Shown here: positions 40,172 to 50,172 of the stretch, piece after piece
Layout: every line of letters starts with the position of its first letter
How positions within the stretch are numbered: position 1 is the stretch's first letter
Source: an uncultured delta proteobacterium
GTDB lineage: Bacteria > Myxococcota > Myxococcia > Myxococcales > Myxococcaceae
Assembly: GCA_963713045.1 (NCBI GenBank)
Contig: CAVQKE010000007.1
Span: 352,001-416,000 of the forward strand
Direction of reading: 5' to 3'
Length of the DNA stretch: 64,000 bases
Translations under genes and position numbers: made by a program
Notes under the pieces: model-generated
The model's database searches: none
What the model was told of the DNA's origin: nothing
What the model saw: the letters and a program-made list of their open reading frames with translations, nothing else

Positions 40172-40897
40172 ATGCTGACTCAACCGCTGGGTTCCAACGT
40201 GGTCTCTCCGTCCTTACCTTCCTCCGGAATGTTCGTGTCGCCCCGGCGTGCCGACGCAAGCCGTCCCCCCGGCGCCGCCGTCGAAGGCACGCCGCAGAAC
40301 TTTCCGCACCAGGCCGTCATCTACCGTCCAGGCGAGGCGCTGCAGACGGCGTATTTCGTCAAGTCTGGCCGTGTGCGGCTGATGCACCTTGGACGCAACG
40401 GGCGGGCTGCCGTCTTCGCCATCCTTCGGGCAGGCGACGTCTTCGGCGACGTCTTTCGTCCCGAAGGCGCCACCGCCGATGAGATGGCCGTCGCCTCCGG
40501 CGAGGTTGGGCTGTGGACGCTGGAAGGCCGGACCCTTCGGGCCCAGCTCGAAGCGGAGCCGGCGCTGGCCGTGGAATTGGTCCGGGCCTACGCCGAGCAG
40601 GTGCGAGGCCTACGCTCGCGCATCCTTGGGCTGACCTTCAAAGAAGTGCCGGCCCGGCTGGCGGAGACGCTGTTGACTGTGGCCGAGGCCCACGGCGAGC
40701 GCTGCGCCCACTCCGGCGAGACGGACTTGCGCGGAATTACCCAGCAGGACTTGGCCGACCTGGTGGGGGCCTCCCGCTCCTTTGTCTCGACGTTGGTGAA
40801 TGAATTGAAGCGCCAGGGCATCCTCGGAAACGTCGGACGGGTGCTGTGCATCCGCGACCAAAAGGCGCTGCGCCGACTGGCAACCGCCGAGGTGTAG
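40172..40897 (+). CDS. mrpC: CRP/FNR-family developmental transcription factor MrpC
   Basis: GSNVV.P, IYRPG, KSGRVRLM, FRPEG, LGLTFKEVPARLA.TLL...EAHGERC.H.GETDLRGITQQDLADLVGASRSFVSTL closely matches M. xanthus MrpC as recalled. Confidence 0.92.
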   Translation: MLTQPLGSNVVSPSLPSSGMFVSPRRADASRPPGAAVEGTPQNFPHQAVIYRPGEALQTAYFVKSGRVRLMHLGRNGRAAVFAILRAGDVFGDVFRPEGATADEMAVASGEVGLWTLEGRTLRAQLEAEPALAVELVRAYAEQVRGLRSRILGLTFKEVPARLAETLLTVAEAHGERCAHSGETDLRGITQQDLADLVGASRSFVSTLVNELKRQGILGNVGRVLCIRDQKALRRLATAEV

Positions 40898-40961
40898 CCA
40901 GCGCCACCGACCCGTTTTTTCGGCCACTTGACGGCTGGACCGTGTCAGGGTGGTTGGGGCC

Positions 40962-42817
40962 GTGGTGCCTTCCAACTCCTCCTCCAGCGCCGCAGCGGCT
41001 ACGGTGGCCGAGGCCCACGCCGCGGCCGCTGCCCGAGGGCGCGCACTGGTTCTGGCCCTGGACCGGCGCATGGCGAGGGTAGCGAACGGGCGCGCCGCGA
41101 CGTTTCTCGGCGCCGCAGTCCTCACCGGGCTGGCCATTTTCGAGCGCCTGCCGAAGCTGGCCTGGGCCGGAGCGGCGGCCTGCGCCTTGGCCTATGTCGT
41201 CCTCGCCGTCCACCATGCGCAGCTGCTGTCGCGGGAGCGGCGGGCACGCGCCGAGGCCGATTGGCACGCCCGGGCCCGGGCGCGCCTGGACGGCAGCTGG
41301 CCCACGGCGCTGCCCTCCCGCGGTGAGCGCTTCGTCGACGCGCACCACCTGTACACCTCGGACTTGGACGTCTTTGGCCAAGGCTCCCTCTTCCAATGGC
41401 TGGACGAGACGGCCACCGGCGCTGGGGAGGAGCGGCTCGCCGCCTGGCTGCGCGCCCCGGCCCAGCCGGCGGAGGTGAGGGCGAGGCAGCAAGCGGCACA
41501 GGAGTTGGCAACCCTGCCTGAGGTGCGGCGGGACGTGGCGGTGAGCGGGCGGTTGGCTGCCGCCGGCCGGCCCAGTCCCAAGGCCTTTCTCAGCTGGGCC
41601 GAAGGGCCGCCCCGCCTCCGGGAGTTGGCGTGGGCGCGGTGGGTGGCCTGGGCCCTGCCCGCCGCCACCCTCATCTCAGCCGCCCTCGCCGCGGTCGGCC
41701 TGGTTCCGCGCCTCGTGCCGTGGACGGCGGTGGCGGTGCAACTTCTCGTCGTCGTGCTGACGCGAAGACCGCTGGCGGAAGCCTGGGGCAGTCTGGCCGT
41801 CGCCGAAGCCGGCGGGGCGACGTTGGGGGGCGCCTTCGCCCGGCTGGAGAAGGCACACTTCCACGCGCCGCTGCTGCGTCAGCTGAGCGCCGGGCTCTCC
41901 CCCCCGGGGCCCCGGTCAGCGCCCGCATGCGGCAATTCGCCCGCCTCCTCAACCTGGCCGAGGCGCGCAGAAACCAGCTTCACCCCGTCCTCCACCTCCT
42001 CACCCTGTGGGACGTCCACGTCCTGTTGCGCCTCGAAGACTGGCGTCAACACAACGGAGGCCTGGTCCGCGGATGGCTCGAGGCGCTGGCCGAGGTCGAA
42101 GCGCTCGGCTGCTTCGGCAATGTCACCGCCGACCACCCCAACTTCCATTTCCCGAAGGTGGTGGAAACCCCGTCGTACTTTTCAGCCCAGGCGCTGTGGC
42201 ACCCGCTGCTCCAGGACGCGGTCCCCAACGACGTTGAATTGCCGCGACCAGGCTTTCTCCTCCTCGTCACTGGCTCCAACATGTCCGGCAAGTCCACCCT
42301 GCTTCGCGCCATGGGCGTCAACGCGGTGTTGGCCCTGGCCGGTGCCCCGGTGGCAGCGCAGGGCCTGTCCTTGGGGCCCCTGCAGCTGGCGACCAGCATG
42401 CGCGTGCAAGACTCCCTCTCCGCGGGCATTTCGTTTTTCCACGCTGAAGTGCTTCGCCTCAAAGCGGTGCTGGAGGCGGCCGCGGCCGCCCAGGGTCACG
42501 CCCTGGTGCTGCTGGATGAAATTCTCCTCGGCACCAACTCCGGAGAGCGCCGCGTCGCCTCGCGGGAGGTGCTGCGCTTACTTCTCGAGGCCCGGGCGCT
42601 CGGCGCCGTCACCACCCATGACTTGGCGCTGGCTCGCCTCGAGGCGGAACATCCGGGAAGCCTGCGCGCAGTGCACTTTCAAGACCACGTGGAAAATGGC
42701 CAAATGCGCTTTGATTACCAGCTGCGCGAGGGCGTCGTCCGGACCACCAACGCGCTCCGGCTGATGCAGCAGGCGGGCATTCCGGTGCGGGCGCACCCGC
42801 CGGGCGAGGGGGGCTAG
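40962..42817 (+). CDS. Membrane-anchored MutS domain-V ATPase (MutS-related); 1-nt frameshift near 41905
   Basis: N-terminal TMs, HLYTSDLDVFG.GSLFQ; C-terminal frame has TGSNMSGKSTLLR, DSLSAGISFF.AE, LLDEILLGTN, TTHDL, FDY.LREG; frames join at the C7G4 run. Confidence 0.85.
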
Positions 42818-44575
42818 TTGGCCCGTGCTGACCCGCACGCCTGGGCCGACGACGCCCAGCCGCGCCAGCAGCACCTGCGCTGGACGGCACGGGTGGACTT
42901 TGCTGCCCGGCAGCTTGCCGCCACCGCCGAGTTACGTTTCGACCGCGGGGGAGCGCGGGTGGACCTCGACACCCGCGGGCTGCAGGTGGACGCAGTCACC
43001 GGCCCATCCGGCCAGGCGCTGCCCTTCGCCCTCGGCCCGGACGACGCGGTCCTCGGCACCCGGCTGAGCGTCAGCTTGCCGGAAGGCGAGGCACGCTGCG
43101 TGGTGCACTACCGCACCGGCCCGGAGGCCACGGCGCTGCAGTGGCTCTCGGAGGAGCAAACGGCGTCCGGCAGGGCGCCCTTCCTCTACAGCCAGTGCCA
43201 GGCCATTCATGCCCGCTCGGTGGTGCCGCTTCAGGACAGCCCGCGCTTCCGCTTCACCTACGAAGCAGCCGTCACCGCACCGGTGGCCTTGCAGTCGCTG
43301 ATGGCCGCACGCTCCACCGGTCGGACAGAGACCGGCAGCGAGGCCACCGGACGTTGGGCCATGGACCAGCCCATTCCCCCGTACCTTTTCGCCTTCGCCG
43401 TGGGTGCACTCGACAGCCGCGAGCTGGGGCCGCGCTCCCGGGTGTGGGCCGAGCCGACCGTCGCCGACGCAGCGGCGTGGGAGTTTGCGCAGGTGGACCG
43501 CATGCTGACGCAGGCCGAAGCCCTGCTCGGCCCCTACGTGTGGGGACGCTTCGACGTGCTGGTCCTCCCGCCTTCCTTCCCCTACGGCGGCATGGAAAAT
43601 CCCACCCTCACCTTTCTCACGCCGACCGTCCTCGCCGGGGACAGGAGTTTGGTCAACGTCCTCGCTCACGAGCTGGCGCACAGCTGGACGGGCAACCTCG
43701 TCTCCAACGCCTCGGCCGAGGACTTCTGGCTCAATGAAGGCTTCACCGTCTTTGTCGAGCGCCGCATCCTCTCGGTGCTGGAAGGCCCGGAGGCAGTGGC
43801 CCTCCATGCCGCCGTCGGGCGCCAGTCGCTGGAGAACGCGGTGGCCGGCTTCCGGGAACGGCCAGCGCTGACTCGGCTGCGAACGCACCTCGCCGGCGTC
43901 GACCCCGACGACGCCTACAGCCAAGTGCCCTACGAAAAGGGCTACCTTTTCCTGAGGGCCTTGGAAGACGCGGTGGGCTCGGCGCCCTTTGACGCATTTC
44001 TGCGCCGTTACCTCCACCGCTTTGCCTTCCACAGCCTCACCACCCAGGAGTTTTTGGACTTCCTTCAGGCCGAGTTGCCGGAGGCCTTGGTCAAAGTGGA
44101 CGTGCCCAGCTGGGTGGATGGCGAGGGGATTCCCCCGGGGGCACCCGCACCGGCCAGCGCCCAGCTTGCCCGGCTGCAGGCGCTGGGTGGGCAGTTGCCG
44201 ACCGACGCCGAAGCGCGTGGCTTCAGCCCCCTGGCGTGGCAGGTGTACCTCGGCCGGCTGCCACGGCCGACGCCGCGCGACACGCTGGAAGCACTCGACG
44301 CCGCCTTCCACCTGACCGCCACGCGCAATGCGGACGTCCTCGTCGCCTGGCTGGTCCCGGCGCTCTCGGCGGGCTATGCGCCCGCGCTGGCGCGAAGCGA
44401 GGCCTTCCTGGGCGAGGTGGGTCGGATGAAATACCTGAAGCCCCTCTATGCGGCGTTGCTGGCGCGAGAGGAGACGCGGCCACGGGCGGAGGCTTGCTTC
44501 CGGCGCTACCGCAGCCGCTATCACGCCATCGCCGCCACAGGCTTGGAAAGCCTGCTTCGGCGCACTGCCGTCTAG
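42818..44575 (+). CDS. M1 family aminopeptidase (leukotriene A4 hydrolase-like)
   Basis: SQCQAIHARS, PYGGMENP, HELAHSWTGN, FWLNEGFT, PYEKG, VGRMKY.KPLY. Confidence 0.95.
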   Translation: MARADPHAWADDAQPRQQHLRWTARVDFAARQLAATAELRFDRGGARVDLDTRGLQVDAVTGPSGQALPFALGPDDAVLGTRLSVSLPEGEARCVVHYRTGPEATALQWLSEEQTASGRAPFLYSQCQAIHARSVVPLQDSPRFRFTYEAAVTAPVALQSLMAARSTGRTETGSEATGRWAMDQPIPPYLFAFAVGALDSRELGPRSRVWAEPTVADAAAWEFAQVDRMLTQAEALLGPYVWGRFDVLVLPPSFPYGGMENPTLTFLTPTVLAGDRSLVNVLAHELAHSWTGNLVSNASAEDFWLNEGFTVFVERRILSVLEGPEAVALHAAVGRQSLENAVAGFRERPALTRLRTHLAGVDPDDAYSQVPYEKGYLFLRALEDAVGSAPFDAFLRRYLHRFAFHSLTTQEFLDFLQAELPEALVKVDVPSWVDGEGIPPGAPAPASAQLARLQALGGQLPTDAEARGFSPLAWQVYLGRLPRPTPRDTLEALDAAFHLTATRNADVLVAWLVPALSAGYAPALARSEAFLGEVGRMKYLKPLYAALLAREETRPRAEACFRRYRSRYHAIAATGLESLLRRTAV

Positions 44576-44765
44576 AGGTCTGGGGCCGACTGCGCTTCCC
44601 CACCACGAGACACCCTCTTGGAGGCAGGGTGGGCGCAACGTGAGGGGCCTTCAAGTAAATTGACGGCTGACAGCGTCGGCCCCGGGCGGGACTCGCCGCA
44701 TTGCGCTGGCCACAGCGCTGAGCCAGCAGTGCGACCGCCGGAAACCGACGTGAGAAGGAGGGAGC

Positions 44766-45182
44766 ATGCGACGACTGCCGTTTGTCGCCCTCGCGCTGGC
44801 CGTCGGCGCACCAACGCCGGCCCATGCCGACCAGGCGATGGCCGAGATGGAGAAGTACTACGTGGTGCTGCTGAAGCGCCCAACCAACGCCCCGAAGCTG
44901 GACGATGCGGCTCTCGAAGCGTTGCAAAAGCAGCACCTGGGCCACCTTCAGGCGCTTTACGAGGCGGGCAAAATTGTCCTCGCTGGGCCCTTCGACGAGC
45001 AGCGGGACGAAGCGCTGCGTGGAATGTGCCTTTACCGCGTGGCCAGCCTCGACGAAGCACGCACGCTGGCTGAGTCGGACCCAGCGGTGAAGGCCCGGCG
45101 CCTGGTGGTGGAGGTTTTCGCCTGGTGGGTGAAGAAGGGGACGGTCAGCTTCAAGCCGCCGCCCGCGCCAGCGGCCAAGTGA
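44766..45182 (+). CDS. Exported YCII-related domain protein
   Basis: Signal peptide (..PAHA-D), H..HL..L...GK..LAGPF, EA...AESDPAVKA; AAGGAGG RBS. Confidence 0.85.
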   Translation: MRRLPFVALALAVGAPTPAHADQAMAEMEKYYVVLLKRPTNAPKLDDAALEALQKQHLGHLQALYEAGKIVLAGPFDEQRDEALRGMCLYRVASLDEARTLAESDPAVKARRLVVEVFAWWVKKGTVSFKPPPAPAAK

Positions 45183-45406
45183 GGAACGCCCGGGTGGCCC
45201 CCCCGGCTTTCTTCTGCAACGGGCCGCCGCGAACGCCACGTTTGAATTCCATCGCGGCACTGCAAAGGCGGGCTCCAGCGCCTTGGGGGAGTCGAGAGAC
45301 GGCCGCGCGGCCAGGGCCTGAAGCCTGAGGCCGCTCCGGCGAGGGGCTGAAATGGACCTCGCTCTCGTGCGTAGGGAACGGGAACGCGTTCAGCCCGGGC
45401 TTGGCC

Positions 45407-46630
45407 ATGCTCACCGACAACTTCAAGCTCGCGCTTCGCACGTTTTGGGGGCACCGCCTACGAAGCGTGCTGACGTTGCTCGGCATCGTCATCGGCGTTG
45501 CCACCGTCGTTTCGATGATGGCCCTTCTTCAAGGGCTTCGGCACAAGGTGGACGATGACCTCTCCGGACTGGGCGCCAACGGCTTCCAGCTTCAGAAGTG
45601 GCCCGCCGGCTTCGGCAATTTTGACTGGGACAAAATCGACCGGCGGCCGAACATCAATCTGAGCGACTACGAGGCCATCCAGAAGCAGCTGCCCGAGGTG
45701 GCCACGGTGACGGCCGAGGCCTACGGCGTGGGCCCGAAGAAGGTATCGACCGCCGAGCGCGAAACCAGGCCCAACGTGCAGATTGGAGGCGGGACCTTTC
45801 ACTTTTTCGACACCAACGCGCTCACCGTGCTCCGGGGGCGAAGCTTCAGTGAGGGTGAGGTCCAGGAGGGCGCCCAAGTGGCAGTCGTCGGCCTGGATGT
45901 GGCGGAGGTCCTCTTTCCGGACGTCGAGGCGGTTGGCCAGGAAATCCGCATCAGCAACCGCAGCTTTCAAATCATCGGCGTGCTCAAGCGCCAGGGCGGC
46001 ATTTTTGGCTCGGGCTACGACAACTCCGCCATCATCCCGATTCCGGTCTTCTTCGACCTCTACGGGAAGAACCGCTCTCTCAACGTCAGCATGCAAGCTT
46101 GGAATACCCAATCGCTCCAGAGGGCTCAGGACGGCGTCGAGTTACTGATGCGCCACCGGCACAACCTCCGGCCCGAACAGGAGAGCGACTTCACCATCTT
46201 CTCGAACGAATCCGCCACCCAGACGTTCAACCAAATCTCCTCGGTGGTGACCGCGGCGAGTTTTGGCGTGTGCCTGCTGTCGCTCATCGTCGGCGGCATC
46301 GGCATCCTCAACATCATGCTGGTGTCGGTCACCGAGCGGACGCAGGAGATTGGAATCCGCAAGGCGTTGGGTGCGCGCCGAAGCCGGATTCTCGGACAAT
46401 TCGCCACCGAGGCCTTGGTGCTTTCGGCGTTGGGTGGAGTGGTCGGCGTCGTCATCGGCTACGTGGTCGCCTTTCTCGGTCGCTGGGCGCTCGGTTTTCC
46501 GACCGACGTACCCTCTTGGTCGGTCGGCGTCGCGCTGGCCATGTCCTCGGCGGTCGGGCTCGGGTTTGGAATTTACCCCGCCGCCCGCGCTGCCGGCCTC
46601 GACCCAGTCGAGGCAATGCGCAGCGAATAG
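45407..46630 (+). CDS. ABC transporter permease (MacB/FtsX family)
   Basis: RSVLTLLGIVIGVA, VGGIGILNIMLVSVTERTQEIGIRKALGA, GIYPAARAA.LDPVEAMR.E. Confidence 0.93.
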   Translation: MLTDNFKLALRTFWGHRLRSVLTLLGIVIGVATVVSMMALLQGLRHKVDDDLSGLGANGFQLQKWPAGFGNFDWDKIDRRPNINLSDYEAIQKQLPEVATVTAEAYGVGPKKVSTAERETRPNVQIGGGTFHFFDTNALTVLRGRSFSEGEVQEGAQVAVVGLDVAEVLFPDVEAVGQEIRISNRSFQIIGVLKRQGGIFGSGYDNSAIIPIPVFFDLYGKNRSLNVSMQAWNTQSLQRAQDGVELLMRHRHNLRPEQESDFTIFSNESATQTFNQISSVVTAASFGVCLLSLIVGGIGILNIMLVSVTERTQEIGIRKALGARRSRILGQFATEALVLSALGGVVGVVIGYVVAFLGRWALGFPTDVPSWSVGVALAMSSAVGLGFGIYPAARAAGLDPVEAMRSE

Positions 46631-46689
46631 CCGCCTTCCGGACGGGCAACAGGTGCATTGGCGGTCGACGGTGCGCTACACCGTCGTGG

Positions 46690-47742
46690 ATGACCCGCCT
46701 TCGTTCGGGCATCCTCCTCCTGTTGGTTACGGGTTGCGCCTCCGAGCAGTCACAGGGCGCAGGACCGGTGGTGCCAAGACCAACGGACATGGCTGTCCTG
46801 CCCTCGTCCGCACGCCCTCACCCGGTTTCCTTGCTGGGAGGGGGCAGCACCACGAGGGTGTCGATGGACTACTTGGGCTACGAGGCCACCACCGACACCG
46901 TTTGGGCTCCGGGCGGAAACACCGGGCGCGTCTTCGTCCTCGACGCACAAACCGAGCGAGTGCAATCCGTCGAGGGTTTCGCCACGCGCGAAGTCAGCGG
47001 ACGCACCGTCGGCCCAAGCAGCGTCACCTTTGGCCCGCGCGCCGCCTACGTCGGGAACCGCGCAGACGCCTCCGTCTGCGCGATTGACTTGTCCACCCAT
47101 CAGCGAGGCGCCTGCGCCACGCTGGCCACTGCGCCGGATGGCCTGGCCTACGTGGGGAAAACCCAGGAGGTGTGGGCCACCTTGCCGCCTTCCAAGTCCA
47201 TTGCCGTGCTGGCGACTTCCGCCGCTGGGCTGGTTTCGAAGGCACAGGTGCAGCTGGACGGCGTTCCGGAGGGGTACGCTGTCGACCTACGGCGCGGGCG
47301 CTTCTACACCAACCTCCGCGACCGGGACGAGACGCTGGCGGTGGACCTCACCACGCGCGCCGTGGTGGCGCGCTGGAAGACGGGCTGCGGCGCGAAAGGA
47401 CCGAGGGGGCTCGCCCTGGACGGCGAGAGCGGGTTGCTCTTCGTCGCCTGTACCGACGGCTTCGTCGGGCTGCTGCTCGAACGAAACGGTTTCCAGGTGG
47501 CTGGCTTAGTCACCGGGGCTGGTGTGGACAACCCAGACATTCTCCCGGGCATGAAGCGCCTCTTCGCGGCTTCCGGCGACACCGGCATGCTGTCCTTCGT
47601 CGGCTATACCGAGGACGGACACCTGCGCCTGCTGCGTCGGCTTGCCACCGCTCCCGGAGTCCGTGTCGTCGTCGCGGACAAGCGTGGAAAGGCGTTCGCC
47701 GCGGATTCGGCGGCGGGGTGTCTCTGGGTCGCCGGGCCCTGA
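46690..47742 (+). CDS. YncE/YVTN-like beta-propeller lipoprotein
   Basis: Lipobox LLVTG-C; DYLGY, PDGLAY, PEGYAVD, GPRGLALD...LFVAC, GVDN repeats. Confidence 0.8.
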   Translation: MTRLRSGILLLLVTGCASEQSQGAGPVVPRPTDMAVLPSSARPHPVSLLGGGSTTRVSMDYLGYEATTDTVWAPGGNTGRVFVLDAQTERVQSVEGFATREVSGRTVGPSSVTFGPRAAYVGNRADASVCAIDLSTHQRGACATLATAPDGLAYVGKTQEVWATLPPSKSIAVLATSAAGLVSKAQVQLDGVPEGYAVDLRRGRFYTNLRDRDETLAVDLTTRAVVARWKTGCGAKGPRGLALDGESGLLFVACTDGFVGLLLERNGFQVAGLVTGAGVDNPDILPGMKRLFAASGDTGMLSFVGYTEDGHLRLLRRLATAPGVRVVVADKRGKAFAADSAAGCLWVAGP

Positions 47743-47817
47743 AGGGGGGGCCGGGCGGGCGAGTAGACATCCTCTGCCTGGAACGACAGGCTTCCCGCAA
47801 ACCCCCGGAGGAGCTTC

Positions 47818-48504
47818 ATGCGCCCCATTCATTTCCCTGGCGAGACGGCCGCGTACCGGTCTGCTCGGGATGAGCTACTTCACGCCGAGCAGGCGCTGCG
47901 CAGGCAGGTGGAAGCAGTCGCCGCCGCTCGCCGGCGTCTGCCCCTGGGTGGGCCGGTGCCCGAAGACTACGTCTTCGAGGAAGGCGCGGGGGACATCGAC
48001 GACGTTTCAGCACCTCGCCGGGTCCGCCTCTCAGAGTTATTCGCGCCGGGCAAAGACGCGCTCGTCCTGTACAGCTTCATGTTCAGTTCTGACATGGACC
48101 ATGCCTGCCCGATGTGCAGTAGCTTCCTCGACGGCCTCAACGGAAATGCTCGCCACATCGCCGAGCGGGTCAATCTTGCGGTGGTTGCGAAGTCGCCCAT
48201 CGCGCGCATCCGCGACTTCGCGCGGGCCAGACCCTGGCGCAACCTTCGTCTCCTCTCCTCGCAGAAGAACGACTTCAACCGCGACTACCTGGGCGACGCT
48301 GAGGACGGCTCGCAGAACAGCGTCATCCACACCTTCGTCAAGCGGGACGGCCGGGTGCACCATTTCTACAGCTCGGAGATGGCGTTCGGGCAGAGCGACC
48401 CCGGCCAAAACCAGCGGCACGTTGACCTCATGTGGCCCCTGTGGAACGTCCTGGACATTACTCCCGAGGGGAGAGGGGCCGACTGGTACCCGAAGCTGTC
48501 CTAA
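47818..48504 (+). CDS. DUF899 family thioredoxin-like protein
   Basis: RRRLP....VPEDYVF, LSELF, YSFMF, CPMCS, DFNRDY, WNVLDITPEGR. Confidence 0.92.
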   Translation: MRPIHFPGETAAYRSARDELLHAEQALRRQVEAVAAARRRLPLGGPVPEDYVFEEGAGDIDDVSAPRRVRLSELFAPGKDALVLYSFMFSSDMDHACPMCSSFLDGLNGNARHIAERVNLAVVAKSPIARIRDFARARPWRNLRLLSSQKNDFNRDYLGDAEDGSQNSVIHTFVKRDGRVHHFYSSEMAFGQSDPGQNQRHVDLMWPLWNVLDITPEGRGADWYPKLS

Positions 48505-48582
48505 GTCTTTGCCCCGGCGTCCCCCGCTGGCGAGGACTGCGCACCCAGGGGCCTTCGAAAAAAAAAGGAAACAGCCTCGGCG

Positions 48583-48598
48583 TGTCCAATTGAAGACA
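48583..48598. promoter_or_regulatory. TGTC-N8-GACA palindrome (MrpC-type site) upstream of the small-protein/ECF/CHAT cluster
   Basis: TGTCCAATTGAAGACA, inside a longer inverted repeat CGGCGTGTC...GACATGCCG. Confidence 0.4.
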
Positions 48599-48775
48599 TG
48601 CCGGCCTTGGCAAGTCGCGGGGCCCGCCGCAGGGGCGTGTAGGGAAGCTTCCGGCAATTCGTACCTTCACGCGGGTGCGGCCGCCGCTACTGCCGGCGGG
48701 TCGCTGTAGCCGGTGGCGCTACGGTTTCACCCTGTCCGGTCGACCAACTCGCCAGAACCACAGCGAGTTGGCGCG

Positions 48776-48791
48776 TGGCATTCTCCTCGCA
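48776..48791 (+). promoter_or_regulatory. Sigma54 -24/-12 promoter
   Basis: TGGCATTCTCCTCGCA = GG-N10-GC, 35 nt before ATG 48826; preceded by inverted repeat CCAACTCGC-N10-GCGAGTTGG (48744-48771). Confidence 0.6.
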
Positions 48792-48825
48792 ATGGTCGCC
48801 TCCTGTCGTTCAACGGGAGGAAGCC

Positions 48826-49056
48826 ATGAAGGACTTGAAGACGTTTGGGTGGTTGTCGCTGACTTCGATTGCGCTGTTCGCCTTCGCTGGGTGTGGTCAA
48901 GCCGTCGCGGGGGGCGAACAGCCGCAGCCGGCTGTTGCCCAGGTGCAGGTCGCCATCGCCGACAGCCAGCCGACATCCGACGCGGACAGCGACAATGGAC
49001 CGGGCTGTGCCGAGTCCGCATTGGACAGCTCCGCGCGGACGATTGCGCAGAGGTAA
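48826..49056 (+). CDS. Small acidic lipoprotein (76 aa)
   Basis: GGGAGG RBS; MKDLK + hydrophobic core + lipobox FAG-C; mature part contains SDADSDNGPGC. Confidence 0.7.
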   Translation: MKDLKTFGWLSLTSIALFAFAGCGQAVAGGEQPQPAVAQVQVAIADSQPTSDADSDNGPGCAESALDSSARTIAQR

Positions 49057-49167
49057 ACGACCCGACCGCTGGGGGGCGGCCAACTCCGCCCCCCGTGGCC
49101 AGCGGTGGACCCTGCGATAGCGGGGCGGCGGCTGGCACTGAGACCTTGAGGCCCAAAGGAGGGTCCG

Positions 49168-49413
49168 ATGACAAACCAAGCCGCAGAACCGTCTTCCGCC
49201 CAGGGACGCAAGCTTCTCCCCGTTTTCGTTCTCCTTGTGCTGGGAGCGCTTGCCGTGAGGAGCGTCCTGCACCAGGTACCGGCCCTTGCTTCTGAAGCTC
49301 TCCCAGCGGCCGCCGTGCGCCAGGCGCAGACGCCGGCCAACGTCGCCGAAGCCGAGGCGGACTTCGGACCCGGGGAGGACGAGGCCGCGGTCGCGAAATG
49401 CCCAGAAAAGTGA
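49168..49413 (+). CDS. Small membrane-anchored/exported acidic protein (81 aa)
   Basis: AAGGAGG RBS; hydrophobic LLPVFVLLVLGALAV; C-terminal EAEADFGPGEDE. Confidence 0.65.
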   Translation: MTNQAAEPSSAQGRKLLPVFVLLVLGALAVRSVLHQVPALASEALPAAAVRQAQTPANVAEAEADFGPGEDEAAVAKCPEK

Positions 49414-49614
49414 GGGCGGCGCGCCCAGCCTCGGGCGCGACGCCCGTCCTGGCGGCTCGGGCCTAGCGCCCCGCAGTGGCCCTCGCGGCCCCCGATGGAC
49501 CCGCAGCTGTTGGTCCGCAGTCGGTGCCCCGGGGCAACTGGGCCCGAGCTTTCTCTGGCCGGAGTTCTGGCAAGATGAGGCGCTCTGGAATCCTCGCCTC
49601 AAACGCCGGCGTCG

Positions 49615-50160
49615 TTGGTTGACCGCATCCGCGCTGGGGATGGCTTCGCCGAGACGGAATTGGTGACGCGCTTCGACCGTGGCGTTCGCGCCATCCTCCG
49701 CAACGTGGCGCGTAATTCGGCGCTGGTGGAAGACCTTCACCAGGAGACGATGCGCATCCTTTTGGAGCGGATTCGGGAGGGTGCCATTCGGGACCCGACC
49801 CAGCTGGGGAGCTTCGTCGCCTCACTTGCCAGAAACCTCGCCACCCAACACTTCCGAAAAGCGCAACAGACGCAATCCACAGGCGAGGGAGAACTTGAGC
49901 GTCTCGTCGACCCGTCGCCGGATGCTCAGGAGGCCCTGGCACAGCGGGACCAGGCAAACCTCGTTCGTCAGGTGCTCGAAAGTCTTTCCATGAAACGGGA
50001 TCGCGACGTTCTGCGGAGGTTTTATCTCGGCCAGGACGACAAGGACCTCCTCTGCGCCGAGTACGGCTTGAGCAGTCTCCAGTTCAACCGCGTATTGCAT
50101 CGGGCTCGGGACCGTTTCCGAGAGCTTTGGCAGCAGATGGCGGCATCGGCCCACCCGTGA
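49615..50160 (+). CDS. ECF (sigma-70 group 4) RNA polymerase sigma factor
   Basis: LVDRIRAGD..AE.EL, VEDLHQET (region 2), L.SL...DRDVL..FY...LHRAR.RFR (region 4); start uncertain (TTG 49615 or CTG 49585). Confidence 0.9.
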   Translation: MVDRIRAGDGFAETELVTRFDRGVRAILRNVARNSALVEDLHQETMRILLERIREGAIRDPTQLGSFVASLARNLATQHFRKAQQTQSTGEGELERLVDPSPDAQEALAQRDQANLVRQVLESLSMKRDRDVLRRFYLGQDDKDLLCAEYGLSSLQFNRVLHRARDRFRELWQQMAASAHP

Positions 50161-50172
50161 GGCGATAATTCC

